Source: a virus
IMG/VR virus record: IMGVR_UViG_3300044710_000077
Location: 1-64,000 of that record
Direction: 5' to 3' (one strand)
DNA length: 64,000 nt
Numbering within the stretch: the first letter of the stretch is position 1; every line of letters begins with the position of its first letter. The notes beneath the pieces were generated by a model. It made no database searches. It was not told the DNA's origin and saw only the letters and a list, made by a program, of their open reading frames with translations. Both the position numbers and the translations under genes were made by a program. This document shows positions 18,286 to 27,106 of the stretch, in pieces.

Positions 18286-18453
18286 CTACAGGCCCAGCGG
18301 GTTGAACAGCACCTGATAGAAGATAGCCGCCGCGGCGCACAACAGAAACGCCACCACCAGGACAGTGACGACAATAGGGACGGGCCGCTTTGCGGGCTGG
18401 CCGGGGCGCGCCGGCTGCCCGGGCGCGCCTTTTGGAAATTGATAATCGCTCAT
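18286..18453 (-). CDS. small membrane protein
   Basis: Pro-rich N-terminus plus one TM segment. Confidence 0.55.
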   Translation of the reverse strand: MSDYQFPKGAPGQPARPGQPAKRPVPIVVTVLVVAFLLCAAAAIFYQVLFNPLGL

Positions 18454-18457
18454 TTTA

Positions 18458-18679
18458 TCAAGGCGGGGTATTGCGGCCCCACCAGTCATAGCCGCCGAAC
18501 ACCGGGGCGAATATCTGGTAAAGGATCAGGATGGCGACCAGGACGAAGATCACCTTGAGGATCGTAATAACCATGCTTGGCAGCGGGATTCCCAGCGTGG
18601 CGATCACCCACAGGCACAGGTAAAACAACAGCGCGATGACGCAAAGGTAAATCAGCGCCCGAATGACTCGTCCGACCAT
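18458..18679 (-). CDS. small two-TM membrane protein
   Basis: Highly hydrophobic; AGGT SD. Confidence 0.65.
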   Translation of the reverse strand: MVGRVIRALIYLCVIALLFYLCLWVIATLGIPLPSMVITILKVIFVLVAILILYQIFAPVFGGYDWWGRNTPP

Positions 18680-18730
18680 GACGACACCTGAAAGGCCCAG
18701 GACAGGCCGACGGTGCAACGCACGGGCGCT

Positions 18731-19099
18731 CTATTGGTTCCCCAGATCGTAGTGCCGGTGTCGGTCGCGCAAGCCGCCAGTGCCGCCGTTGGCGAACGTG
18801 TCCTGGGTGATGTATCCCATGACCCGCAACAGCGGGAAAATCAGAATGCCGAACACCAGAATGCCTTGCCAGCACAGTTCGCCCCATGACGCCGGATAGT
18901 CGCCGCTTAGGCGGTCCCAGCCCAGACCGAACAGCGCCACCGACAGCAGGCAATAAATGGCCCTGCGGAAAAGTGCCCACCGGGCCATCGGCGTCCATAG
19001 CCCGGACGCGGTGGTGATTTTTAACAGCGTCCACAACATGAGAAGCGCCGCAGCAATATCCGCGACCCCCAGCACTTGCGCGCCCTGGATTGACGTCAT
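18731..19099 (-). CDS. three-TM membrane protein (lysis cassette)
   Basis: AAGGA SD, ATGA coupling, hydrophobic segments. Confidence 0.65.
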   Translation of the reverse strand: MTSIQGAQVLGVADIAAALLMLWTLLKITTASGLWTPMARWALFRRAIYCLLSVALFGLGWDRLSGDYPASWGELCWQGILVFGILIFPLLRVMGYITQDTFANGGTGGLRDRHRHYDLGNQ

Positions 19100-19404
19100 T
19101 GGTCCTTGTCCTTCGATGGAGTTGGCGCCGCGGCCGGCACGCGCGAGCGCGCCGCCGCCACAATGCCCTGGCACACGGCCATGGCCGAAAGCCCGACGAC
19201 AAAGGCGGTTCCGCCGTCGCCGAACCAGCCGCCTATGTAGTGAACTGCGGCAGGGGCTAAAAAGTTCGCCGTCAGTGTCCCGGTCAGGACGGACCCCACC
19301 ACAGCCCACGGGGCGGTTTGCTTGAACACGAACGCGTGGACGACACCGCCGGCAAAGCCAGCGACCAAGCGCGACGTGTTCAGCCCCAGTTCGTCAAGCG
19401 TCAT
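19096..19404 (-). CDS. putative holin
   Basis: Small three-TM protein (LVAGFAGGVV..., AFVVGLSAM) with a charged C-terminus, in the lysis region. Confidence 0.6.
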   Translation of the reverse strand: MTLDELGLNTSRLVAGFAGGVVHAFVFKQTAPWAVVGSVLTGTLTANFLAPAAVHYIGGWFGDGGTAFVVGLSAMAVCQGIVAAARSRVPAAAPTPSKDKDQ

Positions 19405-19594
19405 TGTCCCTGCCCTTTGGTTTCTCTGGAGGTTTTAGCGAATACACAGACGCCTTGACCGGCCCGCACGTCGCGCACGCGTAGTAGAGCGTCGCGGTGC
19501 CGTTGTCGGCTTCGATGTAGGACAAGCGGACGGTGTCCTTTAGGCATTTCTGGCACTTTCCCGGCGGGTTCAGCCAGAATTGGAGGGGCGCCAT
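19394..19594 (-). CDS. small zinc-ribbon protein
   Basis: CQKC...CATC; overlaps the next start codon. Confidence 0.5.
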   Translation of the reverse strand: MAPLQFWLNPPGKCQKCLKDTVRLSYIEADNGTATLYYACATCGPVKASVYSLKPPEKPKGRDNDA

Positions 19595-19600
19595 GGCTAT

Positions 19601-20062
19601 TCATGGCGGCAATGGCAGCGGCGACCCGCGGCTAAGCCCCCTGTTCTGGTCGATAATGACCAGGGCCGCCGCGATTTGCCGGTTGACGTCGTTCAGTTGA
19701 TTTTGCAACAGCGTGACCCGGTCGTCGGTCGCCTTCGACACCGCCTCAAATGTCTTGGCTTCGACGGGTTCCCGCGCCGCCTTGGCTTGCGACGCCTCAA
19801 GGACAACGACACGGCGGTCCAGATCGCCGACTCGGTTATCGACGTCAGCCCGATATCCGTTGTGTTCCCTTATGGTCAGGTACTTATCAAGCGACGCTTG
19901 CAATTCCTCGGCGCGTGCGCGGTCGGTCGCCAGTTCCTTTTCGATGTTGGCAAATTGCGTCTGAAAAATCGTCCACCCGGCAGCGCCTAGGATGGCGACC
20001 GCGCTTAGTGCGCCGACGATTGTTTGCCAAGAGAGTTCTGAGCCGCCCTTGCTGTCAGCCAT
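19601..20062 (-). CDS. membrane-anchored coiled-coil protein
   Basis: N-terminal TM segment then a long coiled coil. Confidence 0.7.
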   Translation of the reverse strand: MADSKGGSELSWQTIVGALSAVAILGAAGWTIFQTQFANIEKELATDRARAEELQASLDKYLTIREHNGYRADVDNRVGDLDRRVVVLEASQAKAAREPVEAKTFEAVSKATDDRVTLLQNQLNDVNRQIAAALVIIDQNRGLSRGSPLPLPP

Positions 20063-20762
20063 CACCGGGCCGCAGCGTTACAGGGACGGTCGCTGTGCCA
20101 TGGATCGCAGCCACGTAATTGTCGATATGGTGGTCGCGGACCTTGACGTGCAGATTATCCAGCCAGTTGTCGTCCAGCGTAGCGTCTGGCCCGACGTGCG
20201 CCAGCGGCACGCCGTCATAGGGCCATAGCGGCACCCAGTGGAACGGCACCCGCGGCACCGGGTCGTCGCCATACCAGTACGCGCATAGCGGGATGGTTTT
20301 GACCAGATTAACGAACGTGTCGCCGCCGACACGTGGCGGGGCGAACGCGCCTATTTTCGTCGGCGGCAAGCCAGCGTCGACTTTCAGGCGCGCGCCTATC
20401 AGCAGCGCCAAGGCAGCGCCCAGGCTATGCCCGGCCATCGCAAAGGGCGTGCCGCGCTTTTCCAGTTCGGCGACAATGCGGTTAAAAACCCGGTCGGCCG
20501 CCAGATTGAACCCAGCGTGGATAAAGCCCAGCGACGGGTGGACAATGCCGCCCTGCTGGCGAATGCTTAGGGCGCAAAAATCGAGCGCCCACCCTAGAAC
20601 GTCGTGCGTGCCCTCAATCGCCACGATAGTCGACCCGTCCGGCCGCGTGGTCAGAAACACGCGGATTGCCGAATCAAGGTCGTCGATAAATGGGATTTTG
20701 CCGCTGTACGTCGTCGCGGCAGCATCGACCAAATCAGCGTCCGAAGGTAATGCCGTTGTCAT
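20055..20762 (-). CDS. class 3 lipase (alpha/beta hydrolase)
   Basis: VAIEGT, IHAGF, nucleophile elbow AGHSLGAA, FAPPRVG, DPVPRVP and H..DNY motifs. Confidence 0.92.
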   Translation of the reverse strand: MTTALPSDADLVDAAATTYSGKIPFIDDLDSAIRVFLTTRPDGSTIVAIEGTHDVLGWALDFCALSIRQQGGIVHPSLGFIHAGFNLAADRVFNRIVAELEKRGTPFAMAGHSLGAALALLIGARLKVDAGLPPTKIGAFAPPRVGGDTFVNLVKTIPLCAYWYGDDPVPRVPFHWVPLWPYDGVPLAHVGPDATLDDNWLDNLHVKVRDHHIDNYVAAIHGTATVPVTLRPGDG

Positions 20763-20789
20763 CCCCGTGGCCCCGTCTAAGGAATCGCA

Positions 20790-20815
20790 GGGCCCGTGCG
20801 GCAAATCACGGGCCC
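20790..20815 (-). terminator. GC hairpin downstream of the OMP gene
   Basis: 9-bp inverted repeat GGGCCCGTG/CACGGGCCC; weak U-tract. Confidence 0.35.
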
Positions 20816-20831
20816 CTTGGCCGCCTGTGGA

Positions 20832-21641
20832 TTATAGACCGAACTCGTAGCTGAGTCGTGTCCAGTATTGCGTCCCGAGATTGGCACCAGCGCCGAATGT
20901 AAGCGGGGCGCCGTTGGTGGCAAAAGCGTTGCCAATCGTAAAACCCTTGACGGGGAATGCGATACCGGCCGACGCGTCAATCGCACCGCCATTGGGCTTG
21001 CCGTCGGTGCCCAGAGTCGGCCAGATAAAGCCGCCAGTAACCATCGGGTAAACGCCGACGGACGTCCCTTGCGCGGCCCCGAAAGTGCCAGTCAATCCCG
21101 CTTCCTTCAAACCGACGCCGATATATTGGCGTGGCGTGCCAACAGGTATGGTCGGCGTGATCGGCGTGAGGGTGGGGAATAGATTGGCATTCGTCAGCGT
21201 AGGAAGGGCCGCCAGAACGCGCTGTAGCCACTCAATGCCGATATCGGCTTCCTGCGTCGCGGACCAGCGGCTGGCGATTGACGCACTGGCGGCGCTTGTG
21301 GTGGCCGTGGAACCCACCGTATTGGTGCCGGAAATATTCGCCCATTCGCCCGTCAGCTTGAAACGATACCAGCCGATTGCGCCGTTGCCGATGTAACCGA
21401 CCTCGCCGCCGACGGAACCGCCCGTCGCCGTCAGATTGCCGCTGGCCAGGCTGGTCGCAAAAGCATTCGTGCCGCTGACGCTCGATTGAGCAACGTCGGC
21501 CTCCGTAAGGATGCCGACGAACCAGCTACCAGACACATATGGAACCGGCGGCACAGTCGCCTTGACCGGCATGTCGGCGGCGAAAGCGGCGGGCGTAAAA
21601 GCCGCGGCTGCCAGAAGGGCTGCGATTCGTAATATGCGCAT
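20832..21641 (-). CDS. outer-membrane beta-barrel protein (rhizobial Omp25/RopB-like)
   Basis: Signal peptide ending AFA-ADMPVKA; Gly/aromatic amphipathic strands; C-terminal RLSYEF strand. Confidence 0.75.
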   Translation of the reverse strand: MRILRIAALLAAAAFTPAAFAADMPVKATVPPVPYVSGSWFVGILTEADVAQSSVSGTNAFATSLASGNLTATGGSVGGEVGYIGNGAIGWYRFKLTGEWANISGTNTVGSTATTSAASASIASRWSATQEADIGIEWLQRVLAALPTLTNANLFPTLTPITPTIPVGTPRQYIGVGLKEAGLTGTFGAAQGTSVGVYPMVTGGFIWPTLGTDGKPNGGAIDASAGIAFPVKGFTIGNAFATNGAPLTFGAGANLGTQYWTRLSYEFGL

Positions 21642-21723
21642 AACAGGGACTCCGTGCGTTGATTGAATTCACGCCAGAACCCTTACTCCAAGTCGCCGTG
21701 TCTTTGGCGCCACAGCGACCGAA

Positions 21724-22155
21724 TTATTTCTTGGGGGAGCCGTCCGCGTTGTAAGCGTCCGCCAGCGGGACCTTCGGCGTGAAATATGCAGAGGCCGCGG
21801 CCTCGATTTTCGCCAGCGCCGACCGCCCCGTGGCGCCCAGCAGCAGCGCGTATTCCTCGTTGAGCCAGTTCGCCGGGTCCAGGTTCAGTTGCTTGGCCAT
21901 GTCCGTCGGCAGCATGCCGTAATGGTTCAGCGCGATGACGGCCGCGCCGCTGGCGAGCGCGATGTATGTTTTATAACCCTGAATCGCATTTGGCAGCGCG
22001 GACAGGCTGAACGTCGGGATGGTTATTTGGGTGGACACGGGCGACTCCTTCGGTTGGCTTTTGACGACGTGGCTTTCCGGCGCTGGCGCGGCAGGCGCAT
22101 GCGGGCTGTCGCCCGGGTCGGCGCGATACGGCGGGAAGCTGTAGTCGTCCGACAC
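21724..22155 (-). CDS. membrane protein, possible holin
   Basis: GYKTYIA...LLGATGRSALAK motif; directly downstream of the endolysin. Confidence 0.5.
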   Translation of the reverse strand: MSDDYSFPPYRADPGDSPHAPAAPAPESHVVKSQPKESPVSTQITIPTFSLSALPNAIQGYKTYIALASGAAVIALNHYGMLPTDMAKQLNLDPANWLNEEYALLLGATGRSALAKIEAAASAYFTPKVPLADAYNADGSPKK

Positions 22156-22172
22156 ACCACAAACCCCGCGAA

Positions 22173-23036
22173 TCAGGCTGCGGGCAATTTAGCCGTAATT
22201 TTCGCCCAGGTCTCGGGACCTGCCAAGCCATCAACCGTAAGGCCGTTCGCTTGCTGGAATGCCCGAACGGCCGCCATCGTTCGGCGGCCCAGGTTGCCGT
22301 CCACGACCAGCGGGGGTTTGCACCCCAGCTTGTTCAGCGCAGCCTGTAGCGCGGCAGCGTCGTGCAAGCCCACCGGCAGCGGCTTCGCCGTCACGACCGG
22401 CACGGTGGTCGCCTGCTGGGTCGGGTTCGCCGTCGGGAATGACCATTCCCGGTGAACAGCCAGCACCGCCTGAATGACCGGCCAAATGCCGGGCTGGACG
22501 TCGACCGCGGTGCCCGACCATTCGTTGTCGGCTATGTATTTGCCGCCCAGGCCAACGCCGCCATAGCGGGGCGTGTCGTAAACCGCCGTGCACGAAAACA
22601 GGTAGCCCGGGACTCGCTCGTGGGCGTTCGGCCCAAAGCCATTCCAGCCGTTGCCCTCAAAGCAAAGCCATTCCGCGGTCCAGGCCGACGGGGACGTGAT
22701 GGCGTTGATATGCTCGCGCGCCAGGTAGAACCGGCACGCGTCGGCCCATGACTTGAACGGGCCGAACCCAGCCGGCACGTGCACCGACCGCTCGTTCCAT
22801 GGGTCACCCTGCCCTAGCGCGGCCCGTGGGTTGCAGTTCGACTCCCGCAGGTCCAGAGCGCCGATGAAGGCCGCGCACTGGGGCGGCATGCCCAGGGCCG
22901 CCGCAGCGTCGATATAGCGGGGCATCGCCGCTAGCACCGCCTTGGCGCCTTCCTGCACCGGGCCCGGCCGCGTCACGCGGGCGTGGGCTATCCAGTTCGT
23001 ATATTCGGGCGACAGGGTGGCGAAGGGGTGCTGCAT
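22173..23036 (-). CDS. endolysin (lysozyme-like domain plus PG_binding_1)
   Basis: LRESNC, LGQGDPW...VPAG.GPF.SW, WNGFG, GKYIAD; C-terminal LQAALN..G...VDG..G..T..AVRAFQ..NGL.VDG.AGP.T. Confidence 0.88.
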   Translation of the reverse strand: MQHPFATLSPEYTNWIAHARVTRPGPVQEGAKAVLAAMPRYIDAAAALGMPPQCAAFIGALDLRESNCNPRAALGQGDPWNERSVHVPAGFGPFKSWADACRFYLAREHINAITSPSAWTAEWLCFEGNGWNGFGPNAHERVPGYLFSCTAVYDTPRYGGVGLGGKYIADNEWSGTAVDVQPGIWPVIQAVLAVHREWSFPTANPTQQATTVPVVTAKPLPVGLHDAAALQAALNKLGCKPPLVVDGNLGRRTMAAVRAFQQANGLTVDGLAGPETWAKITAKLPAA

Positions 23037-23047
23037 GGCAACGACTC

Positions 23048-23482
23048 CTAGTTTTTGGCTGGCGGCATCAGCAGGTCGTAAGCCTGGGTGATGACAGATG
23101 GATTCAAACGCATTTTCGAAATCTGGTCCTTAATCAAGTCGATATCGCGCGGGTCCAGGTCCACCGTCCATTTGCCGGTTATGGTGAGCGCTTTGCGGAT
23201 TTTTCTCGCCAGCGATCCGCGGATGACAATATCGGCTGGCTTTAGCCCCTGCTCGGGCTGGTCGACGGCACCGGCCGCGAGCCGGCCCAGCGTCAGCGTA
23301 ACGTATCGGTCGCATTTGCCGTAGTCCGGGCTTTTAACGTCATCGACAACGTGGTCGCAATCCTGCTGGGCTCTGCCGTCGGGCGCCATAAGGACGGCCG
23401 ACATATCGACCTCAGTGGCGCGGGCAGACGTGACAGCCGTAAGGATGAGCGCGGCGGCGGCGGTGACAAGGGCAATTTTCAT
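23048..23482 (-). CDS. putative fibre-associated chaperone-like protein with a signal peptide
   Basis: MKIALVTAAAALILTAVTSARA signal peptide; TLTLG..A...LARKI...VDL...IDLIK pattern of small post-fibre proteins. Confidence 0.65.
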   Translation of the reverse strand: MKIALVTAAAALILTAVTSARATEVDMSAVLMAPDGRAQQDCDHVVDDVKSPDYGKCDRYVTLTLGRLAAGAVDQPEQGLKPADIVIRGSLARKIRKALTITGKWTVDLDPRDIDLIKDQISKMRLNPSVITQAYDLLMPPAKN

Positions 23483-23560
23483 GGCGAATTCTCCGTTGGT
23501 TGGCAGCGCGTTATTTATCCGCGCGTCAGCCGCGTCCGTCAAGCCTAGCGCGCTAACTCG

Positions 23561-26500
23561 TTACGCAGCCTTGGAGATCCAAGACGGCAAATTGTCGTTC
23601 GCTGGCAGGTCGCCCGACTCCAGGCTGGCCGTGCTGCCGCATATCCAGGTGATCGTATCGCCGCCGAGCGCCGTTCCAGTGATCGTCAGTTGAGTCGTGG
23701 TCGCGCTGACCGTGAGCGACGCTATCGCCGTTCCGGAGGCGGCATTGCAACTCGGCGCGCTGCCCCAGGTCGAACCAAAGTTGATGACGCAAGAGGTCGC
23801 GACGGTTCCGGCGACGACCTTGCCGAAGTTGTCGCCGCCAGAGATCGTCGGCGTTCCGGTGCCGCAGGCGGAGATCGTCGGCGCGGTGCCGCTCGCCAGG
23901 ATATGCCCTGTCGGCCCGATGGAGGCGACTTGCGAGCCGCCGTTCTGAAAGATCGCGATTGGCACCGTGCTCTGCCCTGCATTATCGGCGATCAGTGCCG
24001 CGGAGACGCTGGGGATCGTGGTCTGGCCCAGCGTGGCCCAGACGCCAATTTCTACCGGCGACGTGCCGGTGTTGATGCCCATGCCCATGACGCCGACGTT
24101 GACGCCGGAGTTCTTGGCCGTGTTCGCGATGCCTGACGTTCCGATGTTCACATTGGCATTCGTGGCCCTACCGGTGACGCCGAAGTTATAGCCGGCCGTC
24201 GTTGCATTCGCGGTGTATATGCCGGCCGTGTTGCCGCTCTGGGTGCCTGAACTTGCTAGCGCCCCCGCCGTTCCGGCATTGCTGTTGGCGACGTTGAGGC
24301 CGTTCGTATTCGACGATCCGGTATATCCGGCAGCGTAAGTAATGCCGATGGCTGTGTTGACCTGCGAGGCCGTGCCGGCACCAGTGATGGTCCAGACTAC
24401 CGCAGTTTGTTGCGCAACTGGAGAAGCTGGCTGCGTTGCCGTCAAGGTAAGAACTTGGGCGCCGGCCGCCAGCGTGCCGCCGACGATGGTCTCGGAGAGC
24501 AGGTTGGCGAGCCCGGTGCTGCTGTATGTCGAGCCGTCCGCGAAGATCACCGAGCCGCTGTAGGTGCAGCCGGTCAGCGCGCAGTCTAGGGAGGCGTGTC
24601 CGGTCAGGCTGGCAGTGATCGTGCCCGCGGAGAAGTTGCCGCTGCCGTCGCGCTCGACGAGCGTCGAGGCGGTGTTGGCGTTCGTGTAGGCCAGGAAACT
24701 GCCGGCACCGGCGGCGCTTAACGACAGCAGGACGTTGCCGGCGCTCGACGTGCCGGCGTAGGCCGTCGGGACGGCCCCGTTGCCGGCGGACAGCATCAGA
24801 TTGCCGGAGGCCGGGTACTGTACCGCGAGCGAACCCGCCGTGGCCTTGATTGTCGTGTTGTCGGGTTCCGAGCAGCCGATCTGCGTGGCCGTCGCCACCG
24901 TGCACTTGATCGTGACGGCTCCTGTCCACGGCCCGCTCCCGGTGCCGGTGATGGTCAGCGTGCTGTCGGCGGAGTAGTTGCCGAGCGAGGCGACGTCCCC
25001 GGCCGCGCCGCAGGAACCCCAAGCGGGCAGGCCGCCGGAGACGATGAGGCACTGATTCGTCGAGCCGATGGCGAGCCGCGTGATGACGTTGCTGGACCCG
25101 CCGTTCGTGTAGATGTCACCCTTGGCGTCGGAGCCGAAGGCCGCCGTCACGCTGCCGAGACTGTTCGTTGATGACGTAATTGTCTTGTTGGTCAGCGTCT
25201 GAGCCAGCGAGTCGCCGACGAAGTTGTAGGTACCACTCGGAATCGTGGCCGTGCCCGCCGCACTCGCGGCGTTCTGGATCGTCATCGCGTTCGCGGTTGG
25301 GCTGGCGAGAACGACCTGCCCCTGCGTGGCCCCGGCCACGCCGATCTCGACCTCGGACGTTCCGCTGCCGATGTTGCGAAGAACGATCAGGCTGGCCCGG
25401 ATGCCGATGGCGTCGCCGGACGGCGAACCGCTCAGCGTGCTGTAAATGTTGAGAGTACCGCCCGCGGAAGATTCCGACCCCGAGAGCGCGGGAGCGATCA
25501 AATTCCCGCTGGCGTCTACCTCGACATTTGTCACGCCGTTGACTTGGAACAAAGCCACGGGGCTGCTGGTCGTGCCGTTGTCGAAGACGCCGGCCGCGCT
25601 GACCCCCGGCACCGTCGTCTGGTTGAGCGATGCGAAGATGCCGATGTTGTTGTTCGCACCGATCGCCGACGCCAAGAGGCCCACGTTGAGATGGTTGCTC
25701 GCCCCGACCTGCGCCTTGAAGGCGCCGCCGACGTTGATCGCCCCGCCGGCCGCGAAGGAATCGATGCCGAAGTTATAGCCCGCGGTCGTGCCCAGCGCGG
25801 CGACGGCCATCCCCATGTTGCCGCAGCTATTCCCGGTGCCGGCTGCGGGAACGAGGACGGCGCAAGTCCCGGCGTTGAGGTTGTCGATGTCGAGCGCGAT
25901 GCTGCGCTTGTTGCCGGTGTAGCCGGCGTTGTAGGTGATGAGCACAGCGTCATTGACCTGCGACGCAGTGCCAGCGCCGGTGATGTTGAAATTGACGGCG
26001 ACCTGCTTGGCGGTCGGGGACAGCGCATTCGTCGCGTTCACCGTCAGCGCCGACATGCCGGCGGCGAGCTGCGTCGCGGCGTTGACGTACAAGGTGCCCG
26101 GGCCGTTGTCGAGGCTGTAGGGCGGCGCCGTGACTGAGTAAGTCCCGATCAGGATGCCGCCGTCGTTCCAGACCGTGAACTGCGGCGCCTGGGTCGTAGT
26201 GTTGTTCACCGTCGTGAAGATGCGGGCCTCGGTGCCGTAGGAGGAGGCGCTCCACGCGACGTTGCTGGACCATATTTGAAAGCTGCCGCGGCTCTCTACC
26301 CATCCAGGGCCGCCGGCCACGCACGTCGCGCAGTACACGCCGCCGCCGCCGAACGAGACGATGTTGTTGTTCGCGACGATCGGGAGCGGGGATGCCAGCG
26401 TGCCGTTGAGGTACTCACCGGTGAAGGCCGTCGAGTTGCCGGCGCCGCCCACGTTTCCGTTCGTGGTGTTGCTCCCCAAGAAGATGCTGACTCGCGCTCC

Positions 26501-27091
26501 ACCACCGTCCAGGCCGGCAAGGGCCAGAACGTTGTCGCCGAACGGCGTCGGCACAATAGCGTTAAGACTCACGATCGGAGCCGTCGTAAAGACTTGCTGC
26601 CCGGTCCAGGTGTTCGGGTTGGCTAGGTTGAGTCCCAGATTATTGCTGCCGTCCAGCGCAAGCGTCGCGTTGTAATTCAGCGAAATGGTAGCCAGCGGCG
26701 GGACAAAGACGACCGAAAGCGGCACATTGACCGCCAGCGACGCGGACGACACCACGGGCGCGAATTGACCCGTGCTGGTGTTGAACGTGCCGATTTCGCC
26801 CCAGCCGCCTGGATAGGATTTATACCAGACGGCCGGATTGCTGCCGGTCACCAGGCAGTCGGTGCCGGTCAGTGTCGTGGCTGGGCAGCCGCCCAGCGAC
26901 GCCGACGCGTGCATGCCCAAAATGCCGTTGACGTCGGACGCGGCCGCTAGAAAATTGGCCCGCATGGGCGCCGATTGCAGCGGCGCGTTCGCTGCCGGAA
27001 TCGATGTATTTATCGTCGACTGGGCGAACGCCTGGCCGGTCGCGAAGGCGAGCCCCAGGATGACCGCAAGCCGCTTTAATGCGTTCCGCAT
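23561..27091 (-). CDS. large fibre/adhesin-like protein with a Sec signal peptide and internal duplication
   Basis: MRNALKRLAVILGLAFATGQAFA-Q; G/S/T/A/N-rich; NTWTGQQ, QTLTNKTI and LVERDGSGNFSAGTITASL fibre motifs. Confidence 0.8.
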   Translation of the reverse strand: MRNALKRLAVILGLAFATGQAFAQSTINTSIPAANAPLQSAPMRANFLAAASDVNGILGMHASASLGGCPATTLTGTDCLVTGSNPAVWYKSYPGGWGEIGTFNTSTGQFAPVVSSASLAVNVPLSVVFVPPLATISLNYNATLALDGSNNLGLNLANPNTWTGQQVFTTAPIVSLNAIVPTPFGDNVLALAGLDGGGARVSIFLGSNTTNGNVGGAGNSTAFTGEYLNGTLASPLPIVANNNIVSFGGGGVYCATCVAGGPGWVESRGSFQIWSSNVAWSASSYGTEARIFTTVNNTTTQAPQFTVWNDGGILIGTYSVTAPPYSLDNGPGTLYVNAATQLAAGMSALTVNATNALSPTAKQVAVNFNITGAGTASQVNDAVLITYNAGYTGNKRSIALDIDNLNAGTCAVLVPAAGTGNSCGNMGMAVAALGTTAGYNFGIDSFAAGGAINVGGAFKAQVGASNHLNVGLLASAIGANNNIGIFASLNQTTVPGVSAAGVFDNGTTSSPVALFQVNGVTNVEVDASGNLIAPALSGSESSAGGTLNIYSTLSGSPSGDAIGIRASLIVLRNIGSGTSEVEIGVAGATQGQVVLASPTANAMTIQNAASAAGTATIPSGTYNFVGDSLAQTLTNKTITSSTNSLGSVTAAFGSDAKGDIYTNGGSSNVITRLAIGSTNQCLIVSGGLPAWGSCGAAGDVASLGNYSADSTLTITGTGSGPWTGAVTIKCTVATATQIGCSEPDNTTIKATAGSLAVQYPASGNLMLSAGNGAVPTAYAGTSSAGNVLLSLSAAGAGSFLAYTNANTASTLVERDGSGNFSAGTITASLTGHASLDCALTGCTYSGSVIFADGSTYSSTGLANLLSETIVGGTLAAGAQVLTLTATQPASPVAQQTAVVWTITGAGTASQVNTAIGITYAAGYTGSSNTNGLNVANSNAGTAGALASSGTQSGNTAGIYTANATTAGYNFGVTGRATNANVNIGTSGIANTAKNSGVNVGVMGMGINTGTSPVEIGVWATLGQTTIPSVSAALIADNAGQSTVPIAIFQNGGSQVASIGPTGHILASGTAPTISACGTGTPTISGGDNFGKVVAGTVATSCVINFGSTWGSAPSCNAASGTAIASLTVSATTTQLTITGTALGGDTITWICGSTASLESGDLPANDNLPSWISKAA

Positions 27092-27106
27092 GGCGCGCGT
27101 CCCCCG

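Noticed and set aside
19601-20062. Possible i-spanin
   Set aside because: TM plus coiled coil fits, but no overlapping lipoprotein partner was found; left as hypothetical
23930-26040. Fibre duplication as a diversity-generating retroelement TR/VR pair
   Set aside because: Copies differ at all base types, both lie in frame within one gene, and no reverse transcriptase is present
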